Positions 50,045 through 60,487 of a stretch of 64,000 nucleotides of DNA are shown piece after piece. The position numbers and the translations under genes were made by a program. The stretch's first letter is position 1, and every line of letters begins with the position of its first letter. The notes beneath the pieces are model-generated. The model made no database searches and had not been told where the DNA came from. It saw only the letters and a program-made list of their open reading frames with translations. Source of the DNA: Thermodesulfobacteriota bacterium (GTDB lineage Bacteria; Desulfobacterota_D; UBA1144; Nemesobacterales; UBA2774); the NCBI GenBank assembly GCA_963422265.1, contig OY729416.1, forward strand, positions 608,001-672,000. Direction: 5' to 3'.

Positions 50045-50078
50045 CGCAGTATTCTTAAAATTCATGTCTGACTAATTT

Positions 50079-50110
50079 GAAGTAGCCCCTCCAAGAAGTA
50101 GCCCCTCCAA
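50079..50110. repeat. 16-bp tandem duplication
   Basis: GAAGTAGCCCCTCCAA twice. Confidence 0.85.
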
Positions 50111-50350
50111 ATAGATAGATTCAATCACACTTTGTAAACATCTAAAACTATGTAGCATCATTATAAATGACTATATTTACTAAATAAAAATATACAACTC
50201 GCTTCTGAAGCAAAGGAGAAAGAATTTACTTAGAAGCACTGAAGTGGATCAAACTGATTTGGGTCATTTTTGTAACGTTCTCTGTTGGAAGACTTCTTGT
50301 CAGAATAAAGCACAAGCAACAGGTAACAACAAGAGTATTTGCTTATCTGG

Positions 50351-51103
50351 CTAACTCCGAATTTCCACCTTTTTTAATTTCTCCTTCGTATTCGGGGAGT
50401 ACCAAACGTCAACAAACTCAGCGATTGTATATCGTTCTTCTCTTTCTATCTTCTCTAACGTCCCCCTCTTCAGAAGCCCTTTCACCCTTTTAAATGCCTC
50501 AGCATCCTTAGCGGCAAAATCAAGCGCAACCTTACTCACAGCTTGCTCAAATTCCTCTCCGGACGCACATTCATCAACCAAACCCATAGCAAGGGCTTGT
50601 TCAGCGGAATACATTGAGCCCGTGTAAAATACGTGCTCTGCACTCTTACTCCCGACCGCATATCTAAGCATTTCTACTACGCTTGTAAATAAGGTTGAGC
50701 CTAACGTCATCTCATTAAGGGCGATTTTTGACTTGCCAGATACCATTATCCGATAGTCGCAGGATAAGCTCAGCACGGCTCCTCCAGCTATGGCATGTCC
50801 GTTGATGGCTGCGATTACTGGTTTCTCAAACATGAAAATATCTTTAATTAACTCAGAAAACATCGTTACGTAATTATGAAAATCTTCCTTACTATGGTTC
50901 ATAAACCCCGGCACATCAAACCCAAAGGAAAAGAAACTTCCCTCACCCGTCAACACGACCGCCCCAACGCTAGAATCTCTTAAGAAACTACAAAAGACGT
51001 CTGTTAGCTCTTTTACTACCACTTCATTTAAGGCGTTCACTTTAGGTCTATTGAGCTTTACTGTAGCTACATTCTGAGATTTAGATAATTCAACGAAATC
51101 CAT
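50351..51103 (-). CDS. Enoyl-CoA hydratase/isomerase
   Basis: LNRPKVNAL, FSFGFD, AAINGHAIAGG, LNE. Confidence 0.93.
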   Translation of the reverse strand: MDFVELSKSQNVATVKLNRPKVNALNEVVVKELTDVFCSFLRDSSVGAVVLTGEGSFFSFGFDVPGFMNHSKEDFHNYVTMFSELIKDIFMFEKPVIAAINGHAIAGGAVLSLSCDYRIMVSGKSKIALNEMTLGSTLFTSVVEMLRYAVGSKSAEHVFYTGSMYSAEQALAMGLVDECASGEEFEQAVSKVALDFAAKDAEAFKRVKGLLKRGTLEKIEREERYTIAEFVDVWYSPNTKEKLKKVEIRS

Positions 51104-51316
51104 AATAACCTCCTTGAGTTAACCTTGCTAACTTTCAATTATCTCATCGATGAGCAGATACGGCAATAACTTCCTACTATACAAAACACATTTTAAGGTT
51201 AAACTAGAAGCGAATTATGGAGGATATGCAGAAATTGAGAGTGTTGGTAAGTTTTATGTAATTTTTAAACTCTTACGAGAACGACAGCCTATTTGCCACC
51301 AACAGGAGGTTATTTA

Positions 51317-51700
51317 ATGAAGAAACTGATAACAATAACGTTAATGATGCTCACTTTATTAGCAGTACCCCTCAATAATGGCAAGGCTAAAGAAGGCAGC
51401 CCTGCGGCTGGCAAGGAGCAATATCAAAATATATGCGCGTCTTGCCATGGACCTGGAGGTAAAGGAGACGGAATTGCATCGGCTGCGCTTGAGCCAAAAC
51501 CAAGGGACCTAAGCAATGCTAAATATGTATCTGCCCTGAGTGACAAGCATCTGTTCAAGGTAATTAAGGAGGGTGGAGCATCAGTAGGTCTGTCTCCTAT
51601 GATGGCAGCTTGGGGAGGTGTCTTGTCAGATCAGAAGATATGGGACGTTATCGCATATATACGTCAGGATATCTGCAAGTGTAACTACCAGAAAAAATAA
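51317..51700 (+). CDS. Periplasmic monoheme cytochrome c
   Basis: GGAGG RBS, signal peptide, CASCH, distal M in MMAAW. Confidence 0.93.
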   Translation: MKKLITITLMMLTLLAVPLNNGKAKEGSPAAGKEQYQNICASCHGPGGKGDGIASAALEPKPRDLSNAKYVSALSDKHLFKVIKEGGASVGLSPMMAAWGGVLSDQKIWDVIAYIRQDICKCNYQKK

Positions 51701-51791
51701 GAGTGACGTTAGTAGCCGGCGCGCGGTGAATACCCTACTAACCAATGTTTACTGCTAAAATCTTTTACCAATTCCTAAGATGATAGAATCA

Positions 51792-51883
51792 GGAGAGGTG
51801 ACCGAGCGGCTGAAGGTGCACGCCTGGAAAGCGTGTAGGGGGTTAACGCTCCCTCGAGGGTTCGAATCCCTCCCTCTCCGCCA
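51792..51883 (+). tRNA. tRNA-Ser(GGA)
   Basis: GGAGAGG/CCTCTCC stem, CTGGAAA anticodon loop, long variable arm, CCA. Confidence 0.96.
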
Positions 51884-51964
51884 TCAAACCAACCACTATT
51901 CAATTTCTTCATTATTTGCGATGCTATCAGGGAAATACCCTTAGTTTCAGACTTCCTTTATTAA

Positions 51965-52165
51965 TCATACTGGCGCTACCTCCTGTTCCCCTTCTACCAA
52001 GCTCTCCATAAGGGGCTCATCCCACCGACCAGCTAAAAGCTCATTCAGACGCTTAGCTGTCTCTTTTATCCATTTGTCAGTCTCTTTCTGATTACTAGAT
52101 ACCTCCTGCAGAATCTTTCGTATTTCCTCTGGAGTGGATATATCTTGTTGTAAATCTTTTTCCAT
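51965..52165 (-). pseudogene. Short coiled-coil gene fragment (N-terminus typical of DUF3782/PD-(D/E)XK-like proteins)
   Basis: GGAG RBS; QKETDKWIKET..GRW..LMESLVEG then an abrupt stop. Confidence 0.45.
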
Positions 52166-52307
52166 AATAACTCCTACTACAAGCCCCCCCTTGACAGTTG
52201 CTAGCCTAAAATAAAGGGAAAGTACATCAAGAATAGAATGACACTTATAGTTGTCCCATGAACGTGAGAGCCAATAACTAGATCTACCAACTTATGAATA
52301 AAGCCCA

Positions 52308-53108
52308 ATGAACAAAAACGCAAAACGAAGTAAGACAACTGAATATATCCCGGCGTGGTTCAAGCAGGGAAACGACTCGCTATTTTAACCACGACAATAT
52401 TCTTATATGCAACGACGATATCCTAAAAATAGTTGATATACCAAAATCATCCGTCGATCTTATCGTTACGTCACCACCTTACAACATAGATATACACTAC
52501 AATTCTCACAAAGATGACTTAGCATATCGAGAATACTTAGAATTCACTAAAAAATGGCTTAGCACATGCTATGAGTTGACGAGGGACGACGGACGATTCT
52601 GCCTAAACGTTCCGCTAGATAAAAATAAAGGAGGACAACAATCTGTCTGCGCTGATATTACCACCATTGCTAAAAATATAGGTTGGAAGTACCACTCAAC
52701 GATCATCTGGAACGAGGGTAACATATCACGCAGGACCACCTGGGGATCATGGATGTCCGCTTCTGCTCCTTACGTTATTGCCCCAGTTGAAGTGATCTTG
52801 GTTTTATATAAAAAGAACTGGAAAAAAATAACGGAAAGAAAAAGAACGACATTACTAAGCAAGAATTTATAGAATGGAAAAACGGCGTCTGGACTTTTCA
52901 AGGACAAGGTAAAAAGGGGGCAGGTGGACATCCTGCACCGTTTCCGATAGAGCTTCCACGGAGGTGTATCAAACTATTTAGTTTTGTTGGCGACACTGTT
53001 CTTGATCCATTTCTTGGAAGTGGCTCAACTATTGATAAGAATTACTGTGATATAGCCATCGACCGACTTAGGCAGGAGGCTAAAATTGATCAAGGGCACC
53101 TAATATAA
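52308..53108 (+). pseudogene. Beta-class N4/N6 DNA methyltransferase, frameshifted
   Basis: DLIVTSPPYN, frameshift near 52830, HPAPFP, DPFLGSGST, apparent deletion before DKNYCDIA. Confidence 0.88.
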
Positions 53109-53113
53109 CAACA

Positions 53114-53701
53114 ATACCTAAGAAGAAAAAGACAATTGGAGATTTAATTAAAGAATATTTCATAAAGCATCCAAAGCAAGATATTAAGCACGGGCCAGTT
53201 ATAGATTATGTTGAAGAAAAATACTGTAAACCATACGGGCGTAAGCCTCGGGACACTTGGAGAAGTATTCGCAATTTCCATGAACAAGGTTTTCTCGTCA
53301 AAGTAAAGAAAGGCGTATATAGATATGAGCCTGCGGCTGTAACTCAAAGAATTCTTGAAGGTTTTACGCCTGAGCAAAAGGAGGTGATCTTCAAACAAGA
53401 TAAATATAAATGCGTTGTGTGTGGACTTGGGAAGGAAAATGGAATAGAACTACACGCCGATCACATTAAACCGCATAATCTTGGCGGGGTGGCGACTATA
53501 GAAAATGGACAAACTCTGTATGCACAGCACAATTTAATCAAGAAATCTCTTAAACAAACCGAGACCGGAAAGAAAATGTTTATTCGCTTATATGAACTCA
53601 CGAAGAAAGAAGGAAACAAGAAACTCAAAGACTTTTGCACAGATATTCTACAAACTTACGAAAGCCACGATATAAACGGTCACATTGAGTGGAAAAAATG
53701 A
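53114..53701 (+). pseudogene. HNH restriction endonuclease, probably inactivated
   Basis: Frame open from ATA 53114 with no ATG; CVVC, DHIKP..GG..NGQTL(Y)AQHN has Tyr where a Zn-binding Cys is expected. Confidence 0.75.
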
Positions 53702-53781
53702 ATCGTGCAATCGTCTAAATAATCTGGTAACCTACTAGAGTAGTGAAAGACAGAATCAATTATTAACCTTGGTTAAGATAT

Positions 53782-53887
<106 letters not shown>

Positions 53888-53900
53888 CTTTAGGTGATGC

Positions 53901-55559
53901 ATGTCCTACCTTGTCCTCGCCAGAAAATGGAGGCCCCAGTCATTTGATGAAATTATAGGTCAAGATTATATAACAAAGACCCTTAAAAACGCTATATCCA
54001 CTGGAAAAACAGCCCATGCGTTTATCTTTTCCGGACCAAGAGGGGTAGGAAAAACTTCCGCGGCGAGAATTGTAGCCAAGGCGCTTAATTGCCAAAACGG
54101 ACCCACACCCGATCCTTGCACCCAGTGTGATAATTGCAGAGAAATTGCCGAAGGCAAATCGCTTGACGTAATAGAGATTGACGCTGCTTCTCATACTGGA
54201 GTAAATGACGTCAGAGAAATTATTGATAATATCAAGTACCTACCCACTTCAGCTAAAAACAAGGTGTATATTATTGATGAAGTACATATGCTCTCTCAGT
54301 CTGCTTTTAACGCCCTATTAAAAACCTTAGAGGAACCCCCTCCTCACGTACTTTTCATTTTAGCAACTACCGAGGTGCATAAGATTCCGATAACCATACT
54401 CTCTCGCTGTCAAAGATACGGCTTCAAAAAAGTCTCCGTTGAAAATATGAAAGATACCCTTTTTTCAATTGCCTTAAAAGAAAAGATTAAAATTACGGAG
54501 GAAACGTTATACATAGTCTCACAGGAAGCTGACGGAAGCATGAGAGACGCTCTTAGCTTGCTAGACCAGCTAATTGCAACCTTTGGGGGAAACGTTAGGC
54601 ATGAAGACGCTGTAAAATCCCTCGGAATTCTTGACAGATCGTTAATCAAATTGGCGGTCCAGGGAATAATAGATAACGACCCCAAGAGTTGCATTGAGAT
54701 CTTGCATCAGGCAATTGAAAAAGGAATAAGCCCCGGACGCTTTGCTGAGGATATGCTTAAATCATTAAGACATGCTTTAATACTCAAGACCAGCGGTGGG
54801 CAAGCCGTGAGCGATTTATCTAAAGAAGATAAAGTGGAAATGGAAAAAATAACGTCTGGAGAAAGCATTGAAACCCTTGAGATGATTTTCAAGCTTATGC
54901 TTGAAGAAGCAGAAAACATACAGAGATCATTCTACCCGCAAATGGCTCTTGAACTAGCCCTAATCAAGCTTTCAACTATTGAGAGGATAGTACCCGTAGA
55001 AAGTATCATAGAGAAAATCGAGAACCTCTCAAAATCGCTTAAGACGACTACACCTATACCTTCCAGATTTGATGAACCTCATGAAAGTTACTCTTCCGTT
55101 AAACAAGGTAAACACATCACCGATGAAACTACCCACGAGATGGTGGGGACAGCCAATAGGCAAGTTGAAAACAGCCCCAACGCAGGTGCTAACTATAGAG
55201 TTAAAGACTTTATTAAATTTGTTAAGACGAAAAAGCTCGTATTGGGCGCTAGGCTTGAGCAAGCGAATGAAATCATCTTAGAGGATTCTACATTCAGAAT
55301 CGTTTGCGCTAGCGAATCTCCAGAGTTGAACTATTTAAGACAAAACAGTTCTAAGAAAGTGCTTGAAACATATCTTGAGCGATTTTTCTCAGAAGACTTT
55401 AAGATCCACGTTGAAGGGGTTAATTTACAGAAAAGTGATCAGGGGAGTAATAAGAAAGGCACAGAAAAAAGAATAAAGGAGCACCCTACCGTTAAAGACG
55501 CTATTGAAGTGTTCAGCGGCAGGATAGTCAGTGTAAAACTAAAGAACAGGAGTGAATAA
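53901..55559 (+). CDS. dnaX: DNA polymerase III subunit gamma/tau
   Basis: LARKWRPQ, GPRGVGKT, IDEVHML, TILSRC. Confidence 0.98.
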   Translation: MSYLVLARKWRPQSFDEIIGQDYITKTLKNAISTGKTAHAFIFSGPRGVGKTSAARIVAKALNCQNGPTPDPCTQCDNCREIAEGKSLDVIEIDAASHTGVNDVREIIDNIKYLPTSAKNKVYIIDEVHMLSQSAFNALLKTLEEPPPHVLFILATTEVHKIPITILSRCQRYGFKKVSVENMKDTLFSIALKEKIKITEETLYIVSQEADGSMRDALSLLDQLIATFGGNVRHEDAVKSLGILDRSLIKLAVQGIIDNDPKSCIEILHQAIEKGISPGRFAEDMLKSLRHALILKTSGGQAVSDLSKEDKVEMEKITSGESIETLEMIFKLMLEEAENIQRSFYPQMALELALIKLSTIERIVPVESIIEKIENLSKSLKTTTPIPSRFDEPHESYSSVKQGKHITDETTHEMVGTANRQVENSPNAGANYRVKDFIKFVKTKKLVLGARLEQANEIILEDSTFRIVCASESPELNYLRQNSSKKVLETYLERFFSEDFKIHVEGVNLQKSDQGSNKKGTEKRIKEHPTVKDAIEVFSGRIVSVKLKNRSE

Positions 55560-55887
55560 TATGAAATTCGGCGGCGGCAATATAAAGAACTTGCTTAAGC
55601 AAGCTAGTAAAATGAAAGAGCAGATGGAGAAATTGCAGGCTGAGGCCGGTGAGAAAATCGTTGAAGCCTCATCGGGCGGTGGTATGGTAACAGTTGTAGC
55701 TAGAGCAAAGGGAGAAGTCGTTTCTATTAAAATAGAACCTGAAATTATTAGCGATGAAGATATAGATATGCTTCAAGACCTAATTACAGCCGCCGTCAAT
55801 GAAGCGCTTAAAAGGGGGCAACAGTTGATGCAGGAAGAAGTTTCTAAAATTGCAGGGAACCTAGGTCTTCCTCCTGGACTTTTATAA
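55552..55887 (+). CDS. ybaB: YbaB/EbfC nucleoid-associated protein
   Basis: SGGGMVTV, LQDLITAAVNEA; lies between dnaX and recR. Confidence 0.95.
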   Translation: MNNMKFGGGNIKNLLKQASKMKEQMEKLQAEAGEKIVEASSGGGMVTVVARAKGEVVSIKIEPEIISDEDIDMLQDLITAAVNEALKRGQQLMQEEVSKIAGNLGLPPGLL

Positions 55888-55889
55888 AA

Positions 55890-56519
55890 ATGAACAGAAC
55901 CGTACTACCTAAGCCTATATCAAAACTGATAAATGAACTATCAAAACTTCCGGGGATTGGCGAGAAGAACGCAACAAGACTTGCATTTCACATTTTCAGA
56001 TCGCCTGCGAAGAATGCCGAAAATCTTGCAAAAGCTATAATAGACGCTAAAACTAAAGTAGTTTTGTGCAATAATTGTTTTAACTTCGCTTCAGAGTCAC
56101 CTTGCGACATTTGCGAAAGCAAGGAGAGGGATCAATTTTCAATATGCGTCGTAGAGGAACCGCTCGACCTGTTGGCAATTGAAAAGAGCAGGGAGTTTAA
56201 TGGGAAATACCATATTCTTCACGGCGTAATCTCGCCTATTGAGGGGATTGGTCCCGATGATCTGAGAATAAAAGAGCTTGTAGCCAGACTTAGGTTAAAA
56301 GAGTCTGCATCAGGTAGGAGACATAGCATAAAAGAAGTAATAGTAGCTACTAACCCTAGTGTTGAAGGTGAAGCCACAGCCCTGTATCTGGCAAAGCTTA
56401 TTAAACCCCTAGACATTGAAGTAAGCCGCATAGCTCATGGGGTACCCATGGGGGGCTATATAGAATACATAGATGAAATAACTATAGGCAAAGCCATAAA
56501 AAATAGAAAGCATATATAA
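55890..56519 (+). CDS. recR: Recombination protein RecR
   Basis: LPGIGEKNA, C4 zinc finger, ATNPSVEGEATA. Confidence 0.97.
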   Translation: MNRTVLPKPISKLINELSKLPGIGEKNATRLAFHIFRSPAKNAENLAKAIIDAKTKVVLCNNCFNFASESPCDICESKERDQFSICVVEEPLDLLAIEKSREFNGKYHILHGVISPIEGIGPDDLRIKELVARLRLKESASGRRHSIKEVIVATNPSVEGEATALYLAKLIKPLDIEVSRIAHGVPMGGYIEYIDEITIGKAIKNRKHI

Positions 56520-56540
56520 AACGCATCAAAGGAGGATCAC

Positions 56541-56987
56541 ATGCCGAGAATAGGAAGAGCATTTAACGAGCTTGCAGTTGGAGATAAAATATCTCAAAGG
56601 ATGACAATCACTGAAGCTCACGTCGTAAAATCAGCAGGTTTATTTAATGACTATAACGCCCTTCATACGAGCGAGCGTGATATGAAGAACTCAAGATTCG
56701 GTAAGAGAATAGTTCATGGAGCACTCACTTTCAGTCTCATGGTAGGAGTTTATAGTAAGGAGTTTCACGACACCGATATTTCAACGGTCGAGGCTTCAAT
56801 AAAATTCACAGCGCCAGTCTATATCAACGATACAGTTACTATGGAGTGGACCGTCACTGAGCTAGATACAAAATCGAAGCTAAATGGAGGACTAGTTACA
56901 CTTTCTGGCGAAGTAAGAGATACAGAAGATACCGTGCAGGCGACACTTGGAGCAAAAATTCTTGTCGGAAATGAAACTATTTTCTAG
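56541..56987 (+). CDS. MaoC/PhaJ-like dehydratase
   Basis: DYNALH, RIVHG, FTAPVYINDT. Confidence 0.9.
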   Translation: MPRIGRAFNELAVGDKISQRMTITEAHVVKSAGLFNDYNALHTSERDMKNSRFGKRIVHGALTFSLMVGVYSKEFHDTDISTVEASIKFTAPVYINDTVTMEWTVTELDTKSKLNGGLVTLSGEVRDTEDTVQATLGAKILVGNETIF

Positions 56988-56999
56988 CATTTATATATT

Positions 57000-58367
57000 A
57001 TGGAAAACGCGTTAGAGCATGAGCAATCAATCAGAAAACCACTTGTAGCAATTGTTGGAAGACCTAATGTCGGCAAATCAACCTTGTTTAATAGGCTTAT
57101 CGGTGAACGTAAGTCTATAGTCGAAGATGTGCCGGGCGTTACCCGCGACAGAATATACGCCGACACGGAATGGGACGGCATAGGGTTCAGCCTGATAGAT
57201 ACCGGAGGATTTAATCCTGAGGATGAAGAGCTATACCCGTCGTTAATAAAAGAGCAGATTCAATCTGCCATTGAAGAGTCCGATCTTATTTTATTTGTGC
57301 TTGACGGAAAGGAAGGAGCCATGCCCCATGACCTTGACGTCACTCGGTTACTTAGGAAAATGAGAAAACAGGTCATATACATAGTAAACAAAATTGACCA
57401 CAAGAAGCACGAAATTGCCGGACTTGAATTTCATTCTTTGGGAATCAACAAATACATACACGTCTCAGCCCTTCAGGGAAGGAATATAAATACTCTCTTA
57501 GACAACGTTATAAGCTTTATTAAGATGTTAGATATAAAAGTTGAAGTTGATGCTGAAGAAAACGAAGATACTATTAGAATTGCCGTGCTTGGTAAGCCAA
57601 ACGTTGGAAAATCCACGCTAATCAACAGGTTTCTTGGCGAAGACAGATTGATAACAAGCCCCCTTCCCGGAACCACTAGGGATACGATTGATATTCACTT
57701 CCGTAGAGACGGTAAAGAATATATTTTGATTGACACGGCAGGGGTAAGAAGAAAATCTAGAATTAACTTTCCTGTTGAAAGACACAGCGTGTTCAGAGCC
57801 ATACGAGCTATAGAAAGAGCAGACGTTGTTTTATTGATGATAGAGGCTGAAGCGGGACCTACGCATCAGGACTCCCGCCTCGCTAGGCTCGTAGCTGATA
57901 AAGGTAGGGCGTGCATCGTCCTGCTCAACAAGTGGGATCTCGCCCCAAGCAACGTAGTAGAAGAACCCAACGTAGTGGAAATACTGAAGGATAATCTGAC
58001 TGCAGTTGACTTTGCGCCGGTGCTAATAATCTCAGCCTTAACCGGCAGGGGAGTTCACAAAATATTTGATAAAGTAGATAACGTTTTCAGGAACTTTTCT
58101 CAAAGAATTCCTACTAAAAAGCTAAATTATTTTCTTCAGAAAACTGCACGCACTAGCCCGCCCCCTATTTATAAAGGCAGGGAAATTAAATTTTATTACG
58201 TATCTCAATCCCTAACGAAACAGCCAACTTTTGTAATATTCACCAATAAAATTGAAGGCATACCAACAAATTATAAGAGATTTTTGGAAAATCAGTTAAG
58301 ACAGGAGTTTGATTTCGAGGGAACCTCGATCAAACTAATTTTTAAGTCTGCAAGAAAAAAAGACTAA
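57000..58367 (+). CDS. der: Ribosome biogenesis GTPase Der
   Basis: Two G domains (GRPNVGKS, GKPNVGKS), DTGG/DTAG, KH-like tail. Confidence 0.98.
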   Translation: MENALEHEQSIRKPLVAIVGRPNVGKSTLFNRLIGERKSIVEDVPGVTRDRIYADTEWDGIGFSLIDTGGFNPEDEELYPSLIKEQIQSAIEESDLILFVLDGKEGAMPHDLDVTRLLRKMRKQVIYIVNKIDHKKHEIAGLEFHSLGINKYIHVSALQGRNINTLLDNVISFIKMLDIKVEVDAEENEDTIRIAVLGKPNVGKSTLINRFLGEDRLITSPLPGTTRDTIDIHFRRDGKEYILIDTAGVRRKSRINFPVERHSVFRAIRAIERADVVLLMIEAEAGPTHQDSRLARLVADKGRACIVLLNKWDLAPSNVVEEPNVVEILKDNLTAVDFAPVLIISALTGRGVHKIFDKVDNVFRNFSQRIPTKKLNYFLQKTARTSPPPIYKGREIKFYYVSQSLTKQPTFVIFTNKIEGIPTNYKRFLENQLRQEFDFEGTSIKLIFKSARKKD

Positions 58368-59578
58368 GCATTTTGGGTAACTCCCAATATGTTTTTTTGT
58401 ATATCCATTGTTCTATCAAAAGCGGAAAATTTACTCTCTACCCTTTTCCTTCCAGCTTTTCCCATAGATTTACGCAGCTTAGGCTTGCTAATAAGCCTTA
58501 CTATTGCCATTCCCATTTGATCGACGTTTCCTAACTCGTTGAGAACACCGGTTACGGTATCCTCTACTGATTCCACTATCCCACCGGCGTAGAAGCCGAT
58601 GATCGGCAAAGAAAACGACATAGCCTCAATAACAGATCGTGGAAATGGGTCAGGATAACTAGATGGAATTACAAATATATCAAAATCCTTAAGACACGGT
58701 CGGACGTCCTCCTTAAATCCCATGAAAATAAAGTTTTCTCTCAGACCGTATTCAGAAACAAGGGTTTTAAGATAGCTCAAATGGTCATCCTGAAAGAAAT
58801 AAGGCGTATCTCCCACTATAACAAATTTTACATTTTCAGCGGCGCTGCCTAGCTCGCTCACTACAACCTTCGCCGATTTGATAAACAAGTCATATCCCTT
58901 TCTAGGAACTATTCTTCCTGTGCTTCCAACGATAATAGACTCTTCCCCTAGACTGAACTTCTCCCTAACCTCACCCTTTGTAGTCCTAGGATTATAATCT
59001 TGAACGTCTATACCGTTGTGTATGACCATGAGCTTTTTTTTCCCGTAACGGAACTGAGTAGCAGTAGGTCCAGAAACACATATAATCTTCTTTACCACAG
59101 GCATAAGGGCGAGAAAATTTATGACAAACCCTAGAAACGCCGTCTGCTGAATGTTCCTTACATGCCATATCACGGGACGACAATTAATAAAACCTATAAG
59201 AGCACCAACTATTTTGGCTTGCGTGCCATTGCAATAAATAAGTTTTATCTTGTTTCTTCGTATCAGGTATGGAGAGGTAATAATCAGTGAAAGTACCGCA
59301 AATATATTTATAATTATTGAAAGAAGCGTAAATATCGCCGAGCGGTGCCTCGAAAATCGAGGTTTTTTTAGATTCTCGGGAAATCTACTGTCAATAATTA
59401 TATTTTCGTAAAGCCCTTCGGCTTTTAGCCGCTCTGAAAAAACATCATCTTTAGGTATTAACACATAAGGCGTAAGCTTAGACCTGTCCAGGTACTTAAG
59501 TATGTAGAACAAACTCTGTCCAGGACCCCCATCCCTTACTGAATGATTAATAAACAGCACGTTCGGGGTGGATTCCAT
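58364..59578 (-). CDS. GT4-family glycosyltransferase
   Basis: IHNGID, GRIVPRKG, DPFPRSVIEAM. Confidence 0.93.
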   Translation of the reverse strand: MESTPNVLFINHSVRDGGPGQSLFYILKYLDRSKLTPYVLIPKDDVFSERLKAEGLYENIIIDSRFPENLKKPRFSRHRSAIFTLLSIIINIFAVLSLIITSPYLIRRNKIKLIYCNGTQAKIVGALIGFINCRPVIWHVRNIQQTAFLGFVINFLALMPVVKKIICVSGPTATQFRYGKKKLMVIHNGIDVQDYNPRTTKGEVREKFSLGEESIIVGSTGRIVPRKGYDLFIKSAKVVVSELGSAAENVKFVIVGDTPYFFQDDHLSYLKTLVSEYGLRENFIFMGFKEDVRPCLKDFDIFVIPSSYPDPFPRSVIEAMSFSLPIIGFYAGGIVESVEDTVTGVLNELGNVDQMGMAIVRLISKPKLRKSMGKAGRKRVESKFSAFDRTMDIQKNILGVTQNA

Positions 59579-59813
59579 AGCACTTTGGCAAAATATCTCT
59601 CTTTAATTAGAAAGACAAGTGAATATACTGGATTGCTATCTACAATTATATAGTCAGACACACATGTCTGAACTATAATCACTCCCTCTCCCATCATTCC
59701 CAACGCGATTGGAAATCTAGCATCGTGGGGGAAGGGGATTGTAGAATGAGACCGCTTCTTTTTCACCACTCTAAACTAGTTAGTGGTTTCTTTATCCTTC
59801 TTTATCTAAAGAC

Positions 59814-60377
59814 TCAACCTTTATCTAAAGACTCAACCTTTTTTTCGAGCTCTTTTATCTTTTGCATTATTAACTCAACCTCTTCTCGGGTCCTCACAGT
59901 CGGATTTCTATCTTCGCCACTAGGGAGCTCGGCGTCACCACCCGAGCTACTGAGATTATCAAAATTAGGAGGAGACATATTCATGCCGGGCGGAAACCAA
60001 CCCATCTCCTGCCACGTAAGCACGTTTTTCTTAAAGCTTTCTTGAGCCGAGAGATACGGCTGAGACATCATCAAGAAATAGTTCTCAAAAAAATCTTTTG
60101 CAACCCTGTTCCCATACTTAATAAGCATATGCAAAAAGGAAACAGGTAAAACATCTTGTTTGTTTTTTTCGCTTTCCAAGATTACTTGTATTAGTATTAC
60201 CTTAGAGATATCAGTGCCACTTTGCGAGTCAATAACCTTTACCTCGTTGCCCTCTCTAACCAACTCAGCTATATCATCTAGCGTGACATATTTTTTGTTT
60301 GTAGAGTCATACAGCCTACGGTTGCTATACTTTTTTATAGTAACCTGCCTGACGTCATCATTCCTTTCTCTTACCAT
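59814..60377 (-). CDS. phaR: PHA synthesis regulator PhaR-like protein
   Basis: IKKYSNRRLYD..YVTL, DIS..ILIQVILE. Confidence 0.85.
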   Translation of the reverse strand: MVRERNDDVRQVTIKKYSNRRLYDSTNKKYVTLDDIAELVREGNEVKVIDSQSGTDISKVILIQVILESEKNKQDVLPVSFLHMLIKYGNRVAKDFFENYFLMMSQPYLSAQESFKKNVLTWQEMGWFPPGMNMSPPNFDNLSSSGGDAELPSGEDRNPTVRTREEVELIMQKIKELEKKVESLDKG

Positions 60378-60487
60378 AATCTGTTATTATCAAATAAAAA
60401 TGTTACTTAGTCAAGAAAACGTTGTATTAAGCACTTGACAACTCAATTGAGCAGATGAAGCTTTTTCACTGGAACGGCAAAAGAGTC

